Virus record (IMG/VR): IMGVR_UViG_3300050821_016519
Length of the DNA stretch: 64,000 bases
From: an uncultured virus (IMG/VR IMGVR_UViG_3300050821_016519)
Lineage: Duplodnaviria > Heunggongvirae > Uroviricota > Caudoviricetes
Strand: one strand, 5' to 3'
Positions 29,075 through 36,522 of the stretch are shown here, piece by piece. The position numbers and the translations under genes were made by a program. Position 1 is the first letter of the stretch. Each line of letters begins with the position of its first letter. The notes beneath the pieces are model-generated. The model saw only the letters and a program-made list of their open reading frames with translations, searched no databases and was not told the DNA's origin.

Positions 29075-29295
29075 TCGAGCCCACGTTAGCCGAGATCGAA
29101 CGGGCGGCGATCCTCGATCGTCTGGCGGCGCTGGAGGGCCATCGCACGATGACGGCGCGGAGCCTGGATATTTCCCTCCGCACGCTGACGAGCCGCCTGC
29201 ACGATTACCGCCTGGCCGGCTTTGCCGTGACCGAACCGCGCCAGATCGAGGAGCACGTGTCGGTACGCACCTGTCTGGAGATACTGAACGCATGA
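29062..29295 (+). CDS. Stand-alone Fis-type HTH protein
   Basis: TLAEIERAAILDRL....GHRTMTARSLDISLRTL.SRL..Y matches the Fis/NtrC HTH. Confidence 0.8.
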   Translation: MSAVIEPTLAEIERAAILDRLAALEGHRTMTARSLDISLRTLTSRLHDYRLAGFAVTEPRQIEEHVSVRTCLEILNA

Positions 29296-29582
29296 AGCCG
29301 TTCAAACTCACGCCGCGGCGCTGGCCCGATTTCATCCTGCGGATGCCGGCACTCGCGATCAGCCATTACCGTTTTCTTCGCGCCGCAACGCCTTGGGGAC
29401 CGTCAACGATTTCACGACGGCAAGCGCTCCGCGCCTCCCTCTTGATGACCATCGGGGCGCTGCGGATTCACTGGATTCTGATGACGGCCGAACACAACGG
29501 GGGCGAACGGGGGATCGCGCCGTGGACAATGAAACGTGTGCGAGAAAGGATCAGTCATGATCTGTCCCGACTGCCAAGGTAA
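29292..29582 (+). CDS. Hypothetical protein
   Basis: Coupled ORF. Confidence 0.45.
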   Translation: MKPFKLTPRRWPDFILRMPALAISHYRFLRAATPWGPSTISRRQALRASLLMTIGALRIHWILMTAEHNGGERGIAPWTMKRVRERISHDLSRLPR

Positions 29583-30135
29583 AGGCGCCATCACGCTGTT
29601 GCATACGCGCAAGTGCGAGCGCTGCGCGGGGACGGGAGAGGTGCGCGATCTGGCGCCGGGCGTTGTCCCATCGCCGCCGGAAATCGACGACTCACTCCGC
29701 GATGGGGACGAGCCGTTATGCACCCGCGACATGACGCTCCAAACGCCGCCGCAGGGGACGATCGTCGTCAAGGACTGCCAGTGCCGGAACGGCCAGACGC
29801 TCGACTATTTCGCCGGGCTGGAACCCGAAATCCGCAACGCAGGCCCACGCGGCGGCGGTCCTTACGAGGAGCTGGACGCCTTCACGCGGGGCATTCGCGA
29901 GGCGATCAACCGCGGGGGGGAACAGTTCGGACGCGCGGCCTTGACCGAAAAAGAAAAGGCTGAAATCGCCGAACAGATCGAAGAAATCGCGGACGAAGTT
30001 GCGGCGGATTACGGCAAGCTGCACCTGCCTTCCCCGCCGGGCTGCGTCCACCCCTCGGTCGTCAAAGACATGGTGCGCCGGGCGCTACACAAACGCTGTC
30101 TCCGTGTCCCCGTGTCTCCCCGTCTCCCCCTCTGA
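29557..30135 (+). CDS. Hypothetical protein with N-terminal DnaJ-type CxxCxGxG zinc finger
   Basis: CPDCQGKG...CERCAGTG. Confidence 0.6.
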   Translation: MICPDCQGKGAITLLHTRKCERCAGTGEVRDLAPGVVPSPPEIDDSLRDGDEPLCTRDMTLQTPPQGTIVVKDCQCRNGQTLDYFAGLEPEIRNAGPRGGGPYEELDAFTRGIREAINRGGEQFGRAALTEKEKAEIAEQIEEIADEVAADYGKLHLPSPPGCVHPSVVKDMVRRALHKRCLRVPVSPRLPL

Positions 30136-30153
30136 CTTTTGGCGCATGCCCGC

Positions 30154-30714
30154 ATGCCCCGCCTGGCGATCCTGATCTGCCATCTGAACCATCGCGTCGG
30201 GCAGCTCCAGCGCCTGATGGACCGCCTCTCAGCGCAGTGCTCGATCACCGAGATATCGATCTTCATCCACACCGACGCCGGGGAAAAACCGGTGGGCCAG
30301 AAGCGCAACGAATTGCTCCGCGGTCCGCAAGAATGGTCGATCCCCTACTGCTCGTTCATCGACGACGACGACCTGGTGACCGACGACTATTGCCCGCGGA
30401 TTCTGACTGCGCTCCAGGAGAATCCCGATGTGGTGGGGCTGGAAGGTCTTCTCGTGCGACCGGCGCCGGCCAAGCCCGAAACATTCATTCATTCGATGCA
30501 GTATTCGCGCTGGTTTGAAACCGGGCCTCCGGGGAGCAAGACCTACTTCCGGCCACCGAATCATCTGAACCCGGTGAAGACCGAGCTGGCCATCGCAACG
30601 GGATTCAAGCCTTTGACGCACGGGGAGGACCGGGATTACTCGCACCGATTGCGCCCGCTGCTCAAGAGCGAGGTGTTTCTGGAGGGGCCGGTTTACCACT
30701 ACTTCGCACCATGA
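30154..30714 (+). CDS. GT2-like glycosyltransferase
   Basis: VGQKRNELL, YCSFIDDDDLV, RPPNHLN, GEDRDYS. Confidence 0.85.
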   Translation: MPRLAILICHLNHRVGQLQRLMDRLSAQCSITEISIFIHTDAGEKPVGQKRNELLRGPQEWSIPYCSFIDDDDLVTDDYCPRILTALQENPDVVGLEGLLVRPAPAKPETFIHSMQYSRWFETGPPGSKTYFRPPNHLNPVKTELAIATGFKPLTHGEDRDYSHRLRPLLKSEVFLEGPVYHYFAP

Positions 30715-31253
30715 ACCCCCCCACCGCCGCCATCCTCTGCCCCGGTACGTCACTATCTGCCACGTCCCCGATTGGCTTCGGCGCCGATGTCATCGTGATC
30801 GCCGTCAACCGCGCGAGCGCGTTCTTCCCGGCCGATGTCTGGGCCGCCGGAGACTATCCGCTGATCGAAGCCGAACGCGCCCACGTCCGCGGCATGCCCG
30901 AGCTGTTGACCACCGAAGGCGCGATCGAGCATCTGAGACAGACCGACAAGCCCTGGCCCTGGCGGGTACTCCCCAGCTTCGAGAGCCTCGATCCTCATTG
31001 CCAAGGGGCAGGCGGGGTTCCGCAGTGGCGCGTCTTCACCGCCATCGCCGCCTGTGTCTATGCCGAGTTCATCGGGTGCAAGCGCATCGAGGTCTTCGGT
31101 GCCGACTGGCAGGGTGAGGCGGACTTTGACGGGGTGAAGGCCGGCGGCAATCGCAGCCCGGAACGCTGGCGGCTGGAGCGGAACATCTTCGAGAACCTGC
31201 TCACCCCCTGGCTAAATGCCCGCGGCGTAAGTCTTTTCCGGCACCACGGTTAG
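30711..31253 (+). CDS. Rossmann-like transferase (Maf/sialyltransferase-like N-terminus)
   Basis: AAILCPGTSL...VIAVN...GCKRIEVFGAD pattern. Confidence 0.55.
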   Translation: MNPPTAAILCPGTSLSATSPIGFGADVIVIAVNRASAFFPADVWAAGDYPLIEAERAHVRGMPELLTTEGAIEHLRQTDKPWPWRVLPSFESLDPHCQGAGGVPQWRVFTAIAACVYAEFIGCKRIEVFGADWQGEADFDGVKAGGNRSPERWRLERNIFENLLTPWLNARGVSLFRHHG

Positions 31254-31323
31254 ATGCGTCGTGTAGCGCTACGTGTAGCGCTCCGGTTTCGTCATTCGTC
31301 ATTCGAGTTTCGAGTTTTAACTG

Positions 31324-31686
31324 ATGGGCTCCCTCGATACAGCACTCGGCGCCGACGCTGCGGCCATGCTCCTGGATTTCGGCGAGCCCTGGGTCTACAC
31401 GCCCAAGCCGGTCGGGGGAGTCGTACAGCCTTCGATCAACATCACTCCGGTCGTCGATCGCCATCAGCCCGAGGTCATCAAAGAGGGGCAGAAGTACCGG
31501 GTGAAGATGGTCTCCATGTTCATCGCCGCAAGTCCCGCCGGAGGATTGACCACCCGGCCGGAGCGTGGCGACAAGCTGGTCGGTCCCTGGCAGATTCAAG
31601 ATACCCCGACGACTTTCCGCATCACCGCCATCATCAGTCAGGACCTGGGGGGCTGGACGATTCACGCCGAAGCAGCGATGGGATAA
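31324..31686 (+). CDS. Head-tail joining protein (gpFII-like)
   Basis: DFGEP.VYTP...I..VVDR...PERGD pattern; lies between head and tail genes. Confidence 0.7.
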   Translation: MGSLDTALGADAAAMLLDFGEPWVYTPKPVGGVVQPSINITPVVDRHQPEVIKEGQKYRVKMVSMFIAASPAGGLTTRPERGDKLVGPWQIQDTPTTFRITAIISQDLGGWTIHAEAAMG

Positions 31687-31691
31687 AGGCT

Positions 31692-31749
31692 ACCTTCCGC
31701 CACCTTCCGCCACCTTCCGCCACCTTCCCCGCCACCTTCCCGCCACCTT
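31692..31749. repeat. Decamer tandem repeat (CCACCTTCCG)x~6
   Basis: Seen directly. Confidence 0.9.
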
Positions 31750-31758
31750 TGGAAATCA

Positions 31759-32577
31759 ATGATGCCCAACCCATTCGATCCCGATGTGGTCGCCATCGCC
31801 GTTTCCGCGGCCGTCTCCGCTGTCCTGGCTGAGAATGCCCGGCAGAGGCAGGAGATGATCCCCGTCTCCATCTGGCGCGCGGACTTCGAGCGCGACCGGA
31901 CTTTAGTCGATCGCAGCGATCCGGCGGTGACTCTGCGTGCCGTCGAAGCCTCGCGGGGATTGGCCCTTCTCCACAACGAGGAATCCGTGACCCCCCCTGC
32001 CTCGCAACCCACCAAGCTGGTCTTCGTCCGTCATGGCGATACTCAACTGAACGAGGACGGGGACAAGATTCGCGGCTGGGTGGACGTTCCGCTTTCGCCC
32101 AAGGGCAAAGCCGCGGCCATCGCCGTGGGTCAGCAGCTTGCGGATACGCCTCTGGACGGGATCATCAGCTCCGATCTGGGGCGAGCCCGCGAAACGGCAG
32201 GGGAAATCGCCCAAGCGACCGGGGCGCCGATCCTCTATTCGACGCAGGCGCTGCGGCCGTTGAATGCGGGGATTTTCCAGGGGGTGGAATCCAAGAGCGT
32301 CTTGCCCAAGCTGCGCTATTTCATCGAGCACCCGGACGAGAAGATTCCCGGCGGCGAATCGTTCAACGATTTCAAGAGCCGGTTTCTGGACGAGATGACG
32401 AACATCCACGCGAACTATCCCGGCAAGACCCTGTGCATCGTGGCCCATCACCGTAACGACGTGGCGCTGGACGCCTGGACGAAGAAGGGCCAGCCCGCGG
32501 ATTTCAGCTTGGACGTGCCGACGTTGATGGAGGAGGGAATTGCGCCGGGGGCGGTGAAGACGTATGAACTGGCATAG
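31759..32577 (+). CDS. Histidine phosphatase (phosphoglycerate mutase superfamily) with N-terminal extension
   Basis: VFVRHGDT, DVPLSPKG, SSDLGRARETA, PGGES, IVAH. Confidence 0.88.
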   Translation: MMPNPFDPDVVAIAVSAAVSAVLAENARQRQEMIPVSIWRADFERDRTLVDRSDPAVTLRAVEASRGLALLHNEESVTPPASQPTKLVFVRHGDTQLNEDGDKIRGWVDVPLSPKGKAAAIAVGQQLADTPLDGIISSDLGRARETAGEIAQATGAPILYSTQALRPLNAGIFQGVESKSVLPKLRYFIEHPDEKIPGGESFNDFKSRFLDEMTNIHANYPGKTLCIVAHHRNDVALDAWTKKGQPADFSLDVPTLMEEGIAPGAVKTYELA

Positions 32578-32579
32578 GC

Positions 32580-32765
32580 TCACGCTCGCGTCTGTCCCTG
32601 AACGCCGATCGCGGTGAGGAACGCGGTCTTGCTCGTCCAGAATTCGTAATCCGCCCAGGCATCGCGGCGGCTCTGGCTGTAGCGGGCGTTTTCCACGCGG
32701 CTTTTGGCTTCGTCGGCTTGCTTGCGGGCGTTATCCAGTTCAGTGATTCGATTGGTTTCAGTCAT
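32580..32765 (-). CDS. Small hypothetical protein
   Basis: AAAGGAG RBS; divergent from the HTH gene. Confidence 0.65.
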   Translation of the reverse strand: MTETNRITELDNARKQADEAKSRVENARYSQSRRDAWADYEFWTSKTAFLTAIGVQGQTRA

Positions 32766-32798
32766 TTGAAAGCTCCTTTTGTTCGCTTACGCCCGTAT

Positions 32799-32862
32799 CT
32801 TACTCACGGGTAAGGATACTTTCGACTATAAACGGCTGGCAATTTCCTCACCCATGGGTCAG
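32799..32862. promoter_or_regulatory. Two related 16-bp imperfect palindromes (candidate operators)
   Basis: CTTACTCACGGGTAAG (32799-32814) and CTCACCCATGGGTCAG (32847-32862), 12/16 identical. Confidence 0.45.
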
Positions 32863-32873
32863 AATGGGCCTCG

Positions 32874-33071
32874 ATGGGCGAAAAACCCTCATTGACGACG
32901 GCGGAGGCGGGGAAGCTCTTGGGCGTGGGGGTGCATCGCGTCCGCCAGTTCATCGACGAGAAGCGATTGAAGGCCCAGAAGGTGGGGCGGGACTGGCTGA
33001 TCTATCCTTCGTCGCTTGCCAAGTTCAAGAGGCTCCCGCGCGGGCCGAAGGGCAAGCGATCTGGAAAATGA
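32874..33071 (+). CDS. Excisionase-like HTH (HTH_17) protein
   Basis: LTTAEAGKLLGV...RVRQFI...RLKAQKVGRDWLI. Confidence 0.85.
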   Translation: MGEKPSLTTAEAGKLLGVGVHRVRQFIDEKRLKAQKVGRDWLIYPSSLAKFKRLPRGPKGKRSGK

Positions 33072-33403
33072 TGTATCACCCGAATGACCATGACCGTCGA
33101 AGGGTTTGCGAACAACCATTCAACGTGGGATGCCGAATCGCAGCCGAAAGCGAGATACAACAATTCTGCGAACGGCGTGCATTCTCTTGGCTTTTTGAGA
33201 GGGTGAAAACTGCGGCTTGCGCTGGCGCATTTTTGCCAGCCGCGCCACGAAGTGCCAATGACGAAAGGCAAGCGTGGGTGATTGCGCGGTTGGCGTTTCA
33301 GGCATTGAAGATGATGCTCGCCGTTCAGGAAATAAACGAATTCCTCCGGCAGCACTTTTCGCTGCTTCACAGGGACGCCGAAATGGCGGTCGAAGACGTG
33401 CTT

Positions 33404-34030
33404 CTATTTCATCCGCCCGAGAATCATCAGTAGATCGGATTTGTTCCAGTCCGTTTGGGCTGCAACCCGGCAGATCGTCCCGCCTTTGAGGATTTCGTAG
33501 GGTTTGGTTGTCTTGCCGGTGTTGGGGATTTTCGCGCGGGCGTAGGCGATTTGATCGCCTTCGTCGTTGATCTTGCGATCATTGAAAATCTGGCGGATGT
33601 GGCGGGTCCGCATCTTCATCGTGGGAACCCATGTCTTCTTGGTCTCGCCGTTCTCGATGACGACGTAGAGCATCCGTTCGCTGGCGCAGACCTTTTCCTG
33701 ATCTGGTCGAGTGAGCGCGGCGACGTAGCGGAGCATCTCACCATGAAAGCGGACGATGATGTCCGGATACAGATTGTCGAATGCAACGCGGCGGCAGTAT
33801 TCAAAGAGGCCCGTCATCTCCTTCACTCGTTGAAGTTCCTCGGAGTTAGGGTCGCGTAGCTCGATCGTTTTGATGCCGGCCGCGATTTCGAGAACGACAT
33901 TGCGGTCGATGCCGAGCAGCTCGGTGATTCGACCGGCGATCTGCTCGTTTGTCATTCGGTCGAACTTGGTGAGGAAATCATCCAAGCTCGGAAGTCCAGC
34001 CGATCGCGTCGTCAGTTTTGTCTCAGGCAT
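33404..34030 (-). CDS. Hypothetical protein
   Basis: 208 aa, AAAGGAG RBS, overlaps the zinc-repeat gene. Confidence 0.7.
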   Translation of the reverse strand: MPETKLTTRSAGLPSLDDFLTKFDRMTNEQIAGRITELLGIDRNVVLEIAAGIKTIELRDPNSEELQRVKEMTGLFEYCRRVAFDNLYPDIIVRFHGEMLRYVAALTRPDQEKVCASERMLYVVIENGETKKTWVPTMKMRTRHIRQIFNDRKINDEGDQIAYARAKIPNTGKTTKPYEILKGGTICRVAAQTDWNKSDLLMILGRMK

Positions 34031-35051
34031 TGGTCAGTGCTCCTTTCAAAATGAGTTTCATTCGTCGGAGTTCGTCCATCTTCGCTCTATCATGTTTCGC
34101 GTGATATTTGTCATACGCTTTTTGACGCCGGCGTTCCAAGTCCTGCGGCGTCAATTTCATCCGGATGATTGGGTCTCTATTTCGATGCCGGGCTAGGCAG
34201 TGTTCTTTCTGACATTTCGGGTCGCCGCATGTAATGCGGTCATGTCGCGATGTCCAGAACGCCCTTCCACAGATCGAACAATTGAAAAGCTGCGCCTTGG
34301 CGTCAAGTTTGCGCCGGCAGGGGGTATTACCGCATGTTATCTGCCGACGATTTCTAGCGAGAAAATCCTTTCCACAAAAACGACAGATTCCTTTTTTCCC
34401 TCGTTTCTCAACGCCTGCCCTCTGGCGTGAAAGAGCAGATTTGCATTCGAGTGCGCCGCACGTCACTCGGCGACGGGTGTCCGGCATAAATTCTTTAGCG
34501 CAAAACGGACACCGCATCATCATCGGATGCCACCCGCGGGAGAGATAACCGCGAAGGGCTTGGCATTTATTCATGCAGACTTTGCTACAGCAAATATGTG
34601 CGCGGTGGCGAGGATGGAAACTGCGTCCGCAAGATTCGCAGCGCCGTTCTTTGGCAATCCAACCGGAAAGAAGGCGGCTTCTTCGGATTGCGGATTGACG
34701 CCGGCACCGCAGGGCGCCGCAGGTCACGCGATTTTTGGACGCCGTCTTGAAGTCCCGACCGCAAATCGAGCATTTACTGTTCGCTAATATGAGCCCTGTT
34801 CTGCTTCTTCGGCGAGAATCCTGTAGACTTCGTTGGCATTTTTTTGAAGAGCATGCCAGTTGAAGACGGGTCCAACAACTGAATTGCAGCCCGCATATCA
34901 CGCATGCCTTTTTGCTCCCCCTCGACTCCGAGCCGGCAAGCTTCCGCTTATGTTTGGATTTGCATTCCGGAGATGCGCAGAGAATTTGAACGTTCGGCGT
35001 GAATTTCGATGCCGTGAAAAAATCACCGCAAACGCAGCATTTCTTCTTCAT
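34023..35051 (-). CDS. Tandem zinc-ribbon protein (7 CxxC..F..TCxxxxC repeats)
   Basis: Seven repeats counted directly; very basic; lower GC. Confidence 0.75.
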   Translation of the reverse strand: MKKKCCVCGDFFTASKFTPNVQILCASPECKSKHKRKLAGSESRGSKKACVICGLQFSCWTRLQLACSSKKCQRSLQDSRRRSRTGLILANSKCSICGRDFKTASKNRVTCGALRCRRQSAIRRSRLLSGWIAKERRCESCGRSFHPRHRAHICCSKVCMNKCQALRGYLSRGWHPMMMRCPFCAKEFMPDTRRRVTCGALECKSALSRQRAGVEKRGKKGICRFCGKDFLARNRRQITCGNTPCRRKLDAKAQLFNCSICGRAFWTSRHDRITCGDPKCQKEHCLARHRNRDPIIRMKLTPQDLERRRQKAYDKYHAKHDRAKMDELRRMKLILKGALTNA

Positions 35052-35191
35052 CTTCCGAAGTTCCGAAGCGCATGCCGCCCCGGCGCGAGTGTTGATCGCC
35101 GGAAAGGCGTCTCGCGGGAGCGGCGTGAGAATCGTACTTGTGCGATTAGAAACCAGCGATCAACGCCCGCGACTCTAACAACTCCCGGCCC

Positions 35192-35410
35192 GTGTCAAAC
35201 AAAAAAATCCCTGCCGACAGATTGCCCACGCCCATCTGGCGATTCGATGATCGCATCCTGAGCTACGCCGGAAACCGCGTCCTCAACGGCCTCGAAGTGG
35301 ACAGGGAGACGGGAAAGCCGGTCGCGGTTCATCTGTACCGGGGCGACGGGCAAACCCTGTTCAGCGAACGATTTGCCCTGATTTCAGCGCCATCAGCAAA
35401 CGACCGTTGA
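35192..35410 (+). CDS. Small hypothetical protein, possibly a lambda-type portal fragment
   Basis: GNRVLNGLEVDRETGKPVAVHLY resembles a portal segment. Confidence 0.35.
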   Translation: MSNKKIPADRLPTPIWRFDDRILSYAGNRVLNGLEVDRETGKPVAVHLYRGDGQTLFSERFALISAPSANDR

Positions 35411-35481
35411 AGCGATCCGGGCGCTATCGGGGCCGCTGCTCTGCCTCACCCTCTCCCTCTCCCTCACCCCCCTGAACCATC

Positions 35482-36408
35482 ATGGCTAAGAAAACATGGT
35501 CCGGCACCATCGGCGATTTCAACTTCGCCACCTCGGGCAACTGGTCCCCCTCCGGCGTGCCCGGCAACGGTGACGATCTGATCTTCGATGCCACCGCCGT
35601 CAGCGCCATCAACGGCTCCGATCAAACCGGTGGCGGGGTCGTCTTCAACACCTTGACCATCTACGGCACCTTCGGCTCCTCCTCACCGGGGACCATCCTG
35701 TTCGGAAGCAACGGCACGCCCCTCAAGCTCAACGTCACCAACGGCAACCAAGTCGGCATCAACCTCCCCGCCGCCGCCGCCAGTAGCTCTACCCAAGTCG
35801 GCTGCCAGCGCATCAACCTCGATCTGGGGACGACGTCGCCGATCGTCAACGTCTTCCAGGCCAATCCCCGCGCCATCGACACCGGCAAGGAAACCGTCCG
35901 CATCCGCGCCAACAACGCCGCCTGCGATATCAACGTCCTGGGCGGATCAGGCGGCATCGGCATCGCCACCGACAACTACACCGACACCACCACGGTCGGA
36001 AACGTCAACGTCACCGGCGGCGTCTGCAATCTGGGCTCGGGCGTCACCTACAGCAACGTGGTCAACGACGGCGGCCAGGTTCTGGTCAACTCGACCCCGG
36101 TCACGGCCCTGATCTGTTTCGCTGGAGACCTGTTCACCCGCGGCACCTACCTCGTCCCCACGGCAACCTGTGACGGCGGCACCATCCACTGCCTGCACCG
36201 CAACGCCGGCGCGGCCTGCATCACGCAACTGAACCTGCGCAACGGCGGACTGCTCGATCTGAGCCAGAGCGGGGAGAGCTTCACCATCACCTCGACCAGC
36301 CTGCGCAACGGACGATTCAAGACGGTCAGCGATACGCAGATCGTCTTCACCAACGGGATCAGCCCCGACTTCAACGCCGCCAACGCCTGGAGCGGGCAAA
36401 ATTCGTGA
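35482..36408 (+). CDS. Beta-helix-like virion protein
   Basis: W.G......F.T.GNWSPSGVPGNGDDLIFD N-terminus; Gly/Asn/Thr-rich. Confidence 0.7.
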   Translation: MAKKTWSGTIGDFNFATSGNWSPSGVPGNGDDLIFDATAVSAINGSDQTGGGVVFNTLTIYGTFGSSSPGTILFGSNGTPLKLNVTNGNQVGINLPAAAASSSTQVGCQRINLDLGTTSPIVNVFQANPRAIDTGKETVRIRANNAACDINVLGGSGGIGIATDNYTDTTTVGNVNVTGGVCNLGSGVTYSNVVNDGGQVLVNSTPVTALICFAGDLFTRGTYLVPTATCDGGTIHCLHRNAGAACITQLNLRNGGLLDLSQSGESFTITSTSLRNGRFKTVSDTQIVFTNGISPDFNAANAWSGQNS

Positions 36409-36517
36409 AGAGAGGGGGAGAGTGGGTGAGGGGGCGAGGGGGAGAGCTTCTGTCCTTCACCCCCTCGCCCCTTCTCCCCCTCACCCCCTCCTCCTCCCCC
36501 CTCACCCCCTCCTCCTC
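36409..36517. repeat. Purine/pyrimidine octamer inverted repeat
   Basis: GGGGGAGAGTGGGTGAGGGGGCGAGGGGGAGAG / CACCCCCTCGCCCCTTCTCCCCCTCACCCCCTC. Confidence 0.8.
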
Positions 36518-36522
36518 GAACC

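Noticed and set aside
16413..31253. Host O-antigen or capsule locus interrupting the prophage
   Set aside because: No flippase, polymerase, initiating transferase or NDP-sugar synthesis genes were recognised, and the genes are coupled into the phage late operon.
33068..33433. Gene call between the HTH and the 33404 gene
   Set aside because: Competing ORFs on both strands with no motif or clear RBS; cannot choose one.
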